The notes under the pieces were generated by a model. That model searched no databases. It had not been told where the DNA came from and saw nothing but the letters and a program-made list of their open reading frames with translations. From Eledone cirrhosa (lineage: Eukaryota), in assembly GCA_964016885.1 (NCBI GenBank), contig OZ024741.1, positions 410,254,001 through 410,318,000 on the forward strand: 64,000 nucleotides of DNA, given 5' to 3'. The first letter of the stretch is position 1, and every line of letters starts with the position of its first letter. The translations under genes were made by a program, and so were the position numbers. Of the stretch, positions 53,716-64,000 are shown one piece after another.

Positions 53716-56700
53716 CATATCTCTTATGTAAGACACTGTCTATGTTGTTTAATCCTTTCATTACCATATTTCTAATGTAAGACACTGTCTATGTTATTTA
53801 ACCCTTTCATTACAATATTTCTAATGTAAGACACTGTCTATGTTGTTTAATCCTTTCATTACCATATTTCTAATGAAAGACACTGTCTATGTTGTTTAAC
53901 CCTTTCATTACCATATTTCTAATGTAAGACACTGTCTATGTTGTTTAACCCTTTCATTGCCATATTTCTAATGTAAGACACTGTCTATGTTGTATAACAC
54001 TTTCACTACAATATTTCTAATGTAAGACCCTGTCTATGTTGTTTAACCCTTCCATTACCATATTTCTTATGTAAGACACTGTCTATCTTGTTTAACCCTT
54101 TCACTACAATATTTCTAATGTTAGACACTGTCTATGTTGTTTAAACTTTTCACTACAATATTTCTAATGCAAGACACTGTCTATGTTGTTTAACCCTTCC
54201 ATTACCATATTTCTTATGTAAGACACTGTCTATGTTGTTTAATCCTTTCATTACCATATTTCTAATGTAAGAGACTGTCTATGTTGTTTAACCATTTCAC
54301 TACCCTATTTCTAATGTAAGACACTGTCTATGTTGTTTAAGCCTTTCATTACCATATTTCTAATGAAAGACACTGTCTATGTTGTTTAGCCCTTTCATTA
54401 CCATATTTCTAATGAAAGACACTGTCTATGTTGTTTAACCCTTTCATTACCAAATTTCTAATGTAAGAGACTGCCTATGTTGTTTAACCCTTTCATTACC
54501 ATATTTCTAATGTAAGAGACTGTCTATGTTGTTTAACCCTTTCATTACCATATTTCTAATGTAAGACACTGTCTATGTTGTTTAATCCTTTCATTACCAT
54601 ATTTCTAATGTAAGTCTCTGTCTATGTTGTTTAACCCTTCCATTACCATATTTCTAATGTAAGACACTGTTTATGTTGTTTAACCCTTCCATTACCATAT
54701 TTTTAATGTAAGACACTGTCTATGTTGTTTAACCCTTTCATTACCATATTTCTAATGTAAGAGACTGTCTATGTTGTTTAACCATTTCACTACCCTATTT
54801 CTAATGTAAGACACTGTCTATGTTGTTTAAGCCTTTCATTACCATATTTCCAATGAAAGACACTGTCTATGTTGTTTAGCCCTTTCATTACCATATTTCT
54901 AATGAAAGACACTGTCTATGTTGTTTAACCCTTTCATTACCAAATTTCTAATGTAAGAGACTGTCTATGTTGTTTAACCCTTTCATTACCATATTTCTAA
55001 TGTAAAAGACTGTCTATGTTGTTTAACCCTTGCATTACCATATTTCTAATGAAAGACACTGTCTATGTTGTTTAGCCCTTTCATTACCATATTTGTAATA
55101 TAAGAGACGGTCTATGTTGTTTAACCCTTTCATTGCCATATTTCTAATGTAAGACACTGTCTATGCTGTTTAACCCTTTCATTGCGATATTTCTAATGTA
55201 AGACACTGTCTATGTTGTTTAACCCTTCCATTACCATATTTCTAATGTAAGACACTGTTTATATTGTTTAACCCTTTCATTACCATATTTCTTATGTAAG
55301 AGACTGTCTATGTTGTTTAATCCTTTCATTACCATATTTCTAATGTAAGACACTGTCTATGTTGTTTAATCCTTTCATTACCATATTTCTAATGTAAGAC
55401 AATGTCTATGTTGTTTAACCCTTCCATTACCATATTTCTTATGTAAGACACTGTCTATGTTGTTTAACACTTCCATTACCATATTTCTAATGTAAGACAC
55501 TGTCTATGTTGTTTAACACTTCCATTACCATATTTCTTATGTAAGACACTGTCTATGTTGTTTAACCCTTCCATTACCATATTTCTAATGTAAGACACTG
55601 TCTATGTTGTTTAACCCTTTCACTACAATATTTCTAATGTAAGACACTGTCTATGTTGTTTAACACTTTCATTACCATACTTCTAATGTAAGACCATGTC
55701 TATGTTGTTTAACACTTTCATTACCTTATTTATAATGTAAGACACCGTCTATGTTGTTTAACCATTTCACTACCATCTTTAACACTTTCATTACCATATT
55801 TCTAATGAAAGACACTGTCTATGTTGTTTAACACTTTCACTACCATATTTCTAATGTAAGACCCTGTCTATGTTGTTTAACCCTTTCATTACCATATTTC
55901 TAATGTAAGACACTGTCTATGTTGTTTATCCCTTTCATTGCCATATTTCTAATGTAAGACACTGTCTATATTGTATAACCCTTTCACTACAATATTTCTA
56001 ATATAAGACCCTGTCTATGTTGTTTAACCCTTCCATTACCATATTTCTTATGTAAGACACTCTCTATGTTGCTTAACCCTTTCATTACCATATTTCTAAT
56101 GTTAGACACTGTCTATGTTGTTTAAACCTTTCACTACAATATTTCTAATGCAAGACACTGTCTATGTTGTTTAACCCTTCCATTACCATATTTCTTATGT
56201 AAGACACTGTCTATGTTGTTTAACCCTTTCACTACCATATTTCTAATGTAAGACACTGTCTAAGTTGTTTAACCCTTCCATTACCATATTTCTAATGTAA
56301 GACACTGTCTATGTTGTTTAACCCTTTCACTACAATATTTCTAATGTTAGACACTGTCTATGTTGTTTAAACCTTTCACTACAATATTTCTAATGCAAGA
56401 CACTGTCTATGTTGTTTAACCCTTCCATTACCATATTTCTTATGAAAGACACTGTCGATGTTGTTTAACTCTTTCACTACCATATTTCTAATTAAAGACA
56501 CTGTCTAAGTTATTTAACCCTTTCATTACCATATTTCTAATGTAAGAGACTGTCTATTTTGTTTAACCCTTTCATTACCATATTTCTAATATAAGACACT
56601 GTCTATGTTGTTTAACCCTTCCATTACCATATTTCTTATGTAAGACACTGTCTATGTTGTTTAACCCTTCCATTACCATATTTCTAATGTAAGACACTGT

Positions 56701-59700
56701 CTATGTTGTTTAACCCTTTCACTACAATATTTCTAATGTTAGACACTGTCTATGTTGTTTAAGCCTTTCACTACAATATTTCTAATGAAAGACACTGTCT
56801 ATGTTGTTTAGCCCTTTCATTACCATATTTCTAATGAAAGACACTGTCTATGTTGTTTAACCCTTTCATTACCAAATTTCTAATGTAAGGGACTGTCTAT
56901 GTTGTTTAACCCTTTCATTACCATATTTCTAATGTAAAAGACTGTCTATGTTGTTTAACCCTTGCATTACCATATTTCTAATGAAAGACACTGTCTATGT
57001 TGTTTAGCCCTTTCATTACTATATCTCTAATGAAAGACACTGTCTATGTTGTTTAACCCTTTCATTACCATATTTTCTATGTAAACACTGTCGATGTTGT
57101 TTAACCCTTCCATTATCATATTTTTAATCTAAGACACTGTCTATGTTATTTAACCCTTTCATTACCATACTTCTAATGTAAGACACTGTCTATGTTGTTT
57201 AACCCTTCCATTACCATATTTCTAATGTAAGAGACTGTCTATGTTGTTTAACCCTTTCATTACCATATTTGTAATATAAGAGACGGTCTATGTTGTTTAA
57301 CCCTTTCATTGCCATATTTCTAATGTAAGACACTGTCTATGTTGTTTAACCCTTTCATTGCGATATTTCTAATGTAAGACACTGTCTATGTTGTTTAACC
57401 CTTCCATTACCATATTTCTAATGTAAGACACTGTTTATATTGTTTAACCCTTTCATTACCATATTTCTTATGTAAGAGACTGTCTATGTTGTTTAATCCT
57501 TTCATTACCATATTTCTAATGTAAGACACTGTCTATGTTGTTTAACCCTTTCATTACCATATCTCTGATGTAAGACAAGACACTGTCTATGTTGTTTAAC
57601 CCTTTCATTACCATATTTCTAATGTAAGACACTGTCTATGTTGTTTAACCCTTCCATTACCATATCTCTGATGTAAGACAAGACACTGTCTATGTTGTTT
57701 AACCCTTCCATTACCATATTTCTAATGTAAGACACTGTTTATATTGTTTAACCCTTTGATTACCATATTTCTAATGTAGGACCCTGTCTATGTTGTTTAA
57801 CTCTTTCATTACCATATTTCTAATGTTAGACAGTGTCTATGTTGTTTAACTCTTCCATTACCACATTTCTAATGTAAGAAACTGTCTATGTTGTTTAACC
57901 CTTTCATTACCATATTTCTAATGAAAGACACTGTGTATGTTGTTTAACCCTTCCATTACCATATTTCTCACGACTCTGTCTATGTTGGTTAACCCTTTCA
58001 TTACCATATTTCTAATGTAATACACTGTCTATGTAGTTTAACCCTTTTACTACCATATTTCTAATGAAAGACACTGTCTATGTTGTTTAACCCTTTCATT
58101 ACCATATTTCTAATGTAAGACACTGTCTATGTTGTTTAACCCTTTCATTGCCATATTTCTAATGTAAGACACTGTCTATATTGTATAACCCTTTCACTAC
58201 AATATTTCTAATATAAGACCCTTATCTATGTTGTTTAACCCTTCCATTACCATATTTCTTATGTAAGACACTCTCTATGTTGCTTAACCCTTTCATTACC
58301 ATATTTCTAATGTTAGACACTGTCTATGTTGTTTAAACCTTTCACTACAATATTTCTAATGCAAGACACTGTCTATGTTGTTTAACCCTTCCATTACCAT
58401 ATTTCTTATGTAAGACACTGTCTATGTTGTTTAACCCTTTCACTACCATATTTCTAATGTAAGACACTGTCTAAGTTGTTTAACCCTTCCATTACCATAT
58501 TTCTAATGTAAGACACTGTCTATGTTGTTTAACCCTTTCACTACAATATTTCTAATGTTAGACACTGTCTATGTTGTTTAAGCCTTTCACTACAATATTT
58601 CTAATGCAAGACACTGTCTATGTTGTTTAACCCTTCCATTACCATATTTCTTATGAAAGACACTGTCGATGTTGTTTAACCCTTTCACTACCATATTTCT
58701 AATGTAAGACACTGTCTAAGTTATTTAACCCTTTCATTACCATATTTCTAATGTAAGAGACTGTCTATTTTGTTTAACCCTTTCATTACCATATTTCTAA
58801 TATAAGACACTGTCTATGTTGTTTAACCCTTCCATTACCATATTTCTTATGTAAGACACTGTCTATGTTGTTTAACCCTTCCATTACCATATTTCTAATG
58901 AAAGACACTGTCTATGTTGTTTAACCCTTTCATTACCATATTTCTAATGTAAGACACTGTCTATGTTGCTTAACCCTTTCATTTCCATATTTTCTATGTA
59001 AACACTGTCCATGTTGTTTAACCCTTTCATTACCATATTTCTAATGTAAGACACTGTCTATGTTGTTTAACCTTTTCACTACCATCTTTAACAATTTCAT
59101 TACCATATTTCTTATGTAAGACACTCTCTATGTTGTTTAACCCTCTCATTACCATATTTCTAATGTAAGACCATGTCTATGTTGTTTAACACTTTCATTA
59201 CCTTATTTATAATGTAAGACACCGTCTATGTTGTTTAACCTTTTCACTACCATCTTTAACACTTTCATTGCCATATTTCTTATGTAAGACACTGTCTATG
59301 TTGTTTAATCCTTTCATTACCATATTTCTAATGTAAGACACTGTCTATGTTGTTTAACCCTTTCATTAGTATATTTCTAATGTAAGACTCTGTCTATGTT
59401 GTTTAACCCTTCCATTACCATATTTCTAATGTAAGACACTGTCTATGTTGTTTAACCCTTTCATTACCATATTTCTAATGTAAGACACTGTCTATGTTGT
59501 TTAACCCTTTCATTACCATATTTCTAATGTAAGACTCTGTCTATGTTGTTTAACCCTTTCATTACCATATTTCTAATGTAAGAGACTGTCTATGTTGTTT
59601 AACCCTTTCACTACCCTATTTCTAATGTAAGACACTGTCTATGTTGTTTAACCCTTTCATTAACATATTTCTAATGAAAGACACTGTCTATGTTGTTTAA

Positions 59701-62700
59701 CCCTTTCATTACCATATTTTCTATGTAAACACTGTCTATGTTGTTTAACCCTTTCATTACCATATTTCTAATGTAAGAGACTGTCTATGTTGTTTAACCC
59801 TTTCATTACCATATTTCTAATGTAAGAGACTGTCTATGTTGTTTAACCCTTTCATTACCATAATTCTAATGAAAGACACTGTCTATGTCTTTAACCCTTC
59901 CATTACCATATTTTTAATCTAAGACACTGTCTATGTTATTTAACCCTTCCATTACCATACTTCTAATGTAAGACACTGTCTATGTTGTTTAACACTTTCA
60001 TTACCATATTTCTAATGTAAGACACTGTCTATGTTGTTTAAACCTTTCATTACCATATTTCTAATGTAAGAGACTGTCTATGTTGTTTAACCCTTTCATT
60101 ACCATATTTGTAATGTAAGACATTGTCTATGTTGTTTAACCATTCCATTACCATATTTCTGAAGTAAGACAATGTCTATGTTGTTTAACCCTTTCATTAC
60201 CATATTTTTTATGTAAGACACTGTCTATGTTGTTTAATACTTTCATTACCATATTTCTAATGTAAGACACTGTCTATGTTATTTAACCCTTTCATTACCA
60301 TATTTCTAATGTGAGACTCTGTCTATGTTGTTTAACTCTTTCATTACCATATTTCTAATGTAAGACAGTGTCTATGTTGTTTAACCCTTCCATTACCACA
60401 TTTCTAATGTAAGAAACTGTCTATGTTGTTTAACCCTTTCATTACCATATTTCTAATGAAAGACACTGTCTATGTTGTTTAACCCTTCCATTACCATATT
60501 TCTCAAGACTCTGTCTATGTTGGTTAACCCTTTCATTACCATATTTCTAATGTAATACACTGTCTATGTAGTTTAACCCTTTTACTACCATATTTCTAAT
60601 GAAAGACACTGTCTATGTTGTTTAACACTTTCACTACCATATTTCTAATGTAAGACCCTGTCTAAGTTGTTTAACCCTTTCATTACCATATTTCTAATGA
60701 AAGACACTGTCTATGTTGTTTAACCCTTTCATTACCATATTTCTAACGTAAACACTCTCTATGTTGTTTAACCCTTTCAATACCATATTTCTAATGTAAG
60801 AGACTGTCTATGTTGTTTAACCCTTTCATTACCATATTTCTAATGTAAGATGTTGACTATGTTGTTTAACCCTTCCATTACAATATTTCTAATGTAAGAC
60901 ACTGTCTATGTTGTTTAACCCTTTCATTACCATATTTGTAATGTAAGACAATGTCTATGTTGTTTAACCCTTCCATTACCATATTTCTTATGTAAGTCAC
61001 TGTCTATGTTGTTTAACCCTTCCATTACCATATTTCTAATGTAAGACACTGTCTATGTTGTTTAACACTTCGATTACCATATTTCTTATGTAAGACACTG
61101 TCTATGTTGTTTAACCCTTCCATTACCATATTTCTAATGTAAGACACTGTCTATGTTGTTTAACCCTTTCACTACAATATTTCTAATGTAAGACACTGTC
61201 TATCTTGTTTAACACTTTCATTACCATACTTCTAATGTAAGACCATGTCTATGTTGTTTAACACTTTCATTACCTTATTTATAATGTAAGACACCGTCTA
61301 TGTTGTTTAACCATTTCACTACCATCTTTAACACTTTCATTACCATATTTCTAATGAAAGACACTGTCTATGTTGTTTAACCCTTTCACTACAATATTTC
61401 TAATATAAGACCCTGTCTATGTTGTTTAACCCTTCCATTACCATATTTCTTATGTAAGACACTCTCTATGTTGCTTAACCCTTTCATTACCATATTTCTA
61501 ATGTTAGACACTGTCTATGTTGTTTAAACCTTTCACTACAATATTTCTAATGCAAGACACTGTCTATGTTGTTTAACCCTTCCATTACCATATTTCTTAT
61601 GTAAGACACTGTCTATGTTGTTTAACCCTTTCACTACCATATTTCTAATGTAAGACACTGTCTAAGTTGTTTAACCCTTCCATTACCATATTTCTAATGT
61701 AAGACACTGTCTATGTTGTTTAACCCTTTCACTACAATATTTCTAATGTTAGACACTGTCTATGTTGTTTAAGCCTTTCACTACAATATTTCTAATGCAA
61801 GACACTGTCTATGTTGTTTAACCCTTCCATTACCATATTTCTTATGAAAGACACTGTCGATGTTGTTTAACCCTTTCACTACCATATTTCTAATGTAAGA
61901 CACTGTCTAAGTTATTTAACCCTTTCATTACCATATTTCTAATGTAAGAGACTGTCTATTTTGTTTAACCCTTTCATTACCATATTTCTAATATAAGACA
62001 CTGTCTATGTTGTTTAACCCTTCCATTACCATATTTCTTATGTAAGACACTGTCTATGTTGTTTAACCCTTCCATTACCATATTTCTAATGAAAGACACT
62101 GTCTATGTTGTTTAACCCTTTCATTACCATATTTCTAATGTAAGACACTGTCTATGTTGCTTAACCCTTTCATTACCATATTTTCTATGTAAACACTGTC
62201 CATGTTGTTTAACCCTTTCATTACCATATTTCTAATGTAAGACACTGTCTATGTTGTTTAACCTTTTCACTACCATCTTTAACAATTTCATTACCATATT
62301 TCTTATGTAAGACACTCTCTATGTTGTTTAACCCTTTCATTACCATATTTCTAATGTAAGACCATGTCTATGTTGTTTAACACTTTCATTACCTTATTTA
62401 TAATGTAAGACACCGTCTATGTTGTTTAACCTTTTCACTACCATCTTTAACACTTTCATTGCCATATTTCTTATGTAAGACACAGTCTATGTTGTTTAAT
62501 CCTTTCATTACCATATTTCTAATGTAAGACACTGTCTACGTTGTTTAACCCTTTCATTAGTATATTTCTAATGTAAGACTCTGTCTATGTTGTTTAACCC
62601 TTCCATTACCATATTTCTAATGTAAGACACTGTGTATGTTGTTTAACCCTTCCATTACCATATTTCTAATGTAAGACACTGTCTATGTTGTTTAACCCTT

Positions 62701-64000
62701 TCATTACCATATTTCTAATGTAAGACTCTGTCTATGTTGTTTAACCCTTCCATTACCATATTTCTAATGTAAGACACTGTTTATGATGTTTAACACTTTC
62801 ATTACCATATTTCTAATGTAAGACACTGTCTATGTTGTTTAACCCTTTCATTACCATATTTCTAATGTAAGACTCTGTCTATGTTGTTTAACCCTTTCAT
62901 TACCATATTTCTAATGTAAGAGACTGTCTATGTTGTTTAACCCTTTCACTACCCTATTTCTAATGTAAGACACTGTCTATGCTGTTTAACCCTTTCATTA
63001 ACATATTTCTAATGAAAGACACTGTCTATGTTGTTTAACCCTTTCATTACCATATTTTCTATGTAAACACTGTCTATGTTGTTTAACCCTTTCATTACCA
63101 TATTTCTAATGTAAGAGACTGTCTATGTTGTTTAACCCTTTCATTACCATATTTCTAATGTAAGAGACTGTCTATGTTGTTTAACCCTTTCATTACCATA
63201 ATTCTAATGAAAGACACTGTCTATGTCTTTAACCCTTCCATTACCATATTTTTAATCTAAGACACTGTCTATGTTATTTAACCCTTCCATTACCATACTT
63301 CTAATGTAAGACACTGTCTATGTTGTTTAACACTTTCATTACCATATTTCTAATGTAAGACACTGTCTATGTTGTTTAAACCTTTCATTACCATATTTCT
63401 AATGTAAGAGACTGTCTATGTTGTTTAACCCTTTCATTACCATATTTGTAATGTAAGACACTGTCTATGTTGTTTAACCATTCCATTACCATATTTCTGA
63501 AGTAAGACAATGTCTATGTTGTTTAACCCTTTCATTACCATATTTTTTATGTAAGACACTGTCTATGTTGTTTAATACTTTCATTACCATATTTCTAATG
63601 TATGACACTGTCTATGTTATTTAACCCTTTCATTACCATATTTCTAATGTGAGACTCTGTCTATGTTGTTTAACTCTTTCATTACCATATTTCTAATGTA
63701 AGACAGTGTCTATGTTGTTTAACCCTTCCATTACCACATTTCTAATGTAAGAAACTGTCTATGTTGTTTAACCCTTTCATTACCATATTTCTAATGAAAG
63801 ACACTGTCTATGTTGTTTAACCCTTCCATTACCATATTTCTCAAGACTCTGTCTATGTTGGTTAACCCTTTCATTACCATATTTCTAATGTAATACACTG
63901 TCTATGTAGTTTAACCCTTTTACTACCATATTTCTAATGAAAGACACTGTCTATGTTGTTTAACACTTTCACTACCATATTTCTAATGTAAGACCCTGTC
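53716..64000 (+). repeat. 49-bp satellite array, block 3 (continues past window end)
   Basis: Same monomer and orientation. It contains a ~3.2-3.3 kb duplication (markers 58581/61772, 60161/63499, 60504/63842). Confidence 0.98.

Noticed and set aside
3691-64000. CRISPR-like array
   Set aside because: Monomers are contiguous with no unique spacers, there are no cas genes, and the context is eukaryotic LINEs.
3691-64000. Telomeric repeat (TAACCCT in each monomer matches (CCCTAA)n)
   Set aside because: Only one 7-nt match per 49 bp and never tandem; it is not evidence of a telomere.

Overview
Eukaryotic (animal) repeat DNA with no host protein-coding or RNA gene detected. About 56 kb is one head-to-tail array of a 49-bp AT-rich satellite (consensus CCCTTTCATTACCATATTTCTAATGTAAGACACTGTCTATGTTGTTTAA). 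It starts at ~3691, runs off the right edge, and contains nested higher-order duplications (194-245, 685, 2141, 2446, ~3.2-3.3 kb, 3776 and 4099 bp). Three non-LTR retrotransposon copies are present. (1) An RTE-clade LINE at 182-3552, just left of the array, whose 5' endonuclease part is inverted with essentially no sequence loss. (2) A 5'-truncated RTE of a related but distinct subfamily at 6217-8850, inside the array, with one nonsense codon. (3) A 5'-truncated L1/Tx1-type 3' fragment at 52416-53715 with a 10-bp TSD, whose empty target site survives in a sister repeat unit. The most notable points are a C4HC3 PHD-type zinc finger inserted inside the RT domain of both RTEs, covarying tandem pseudoknot-like modules in their 3' UTRs, and a satellite monomer that reads TTAA+CCC like a piggyBac-type transposon end. 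From memory only, the RTE tail and the monomer resemble octopus repeats; this is unverified.
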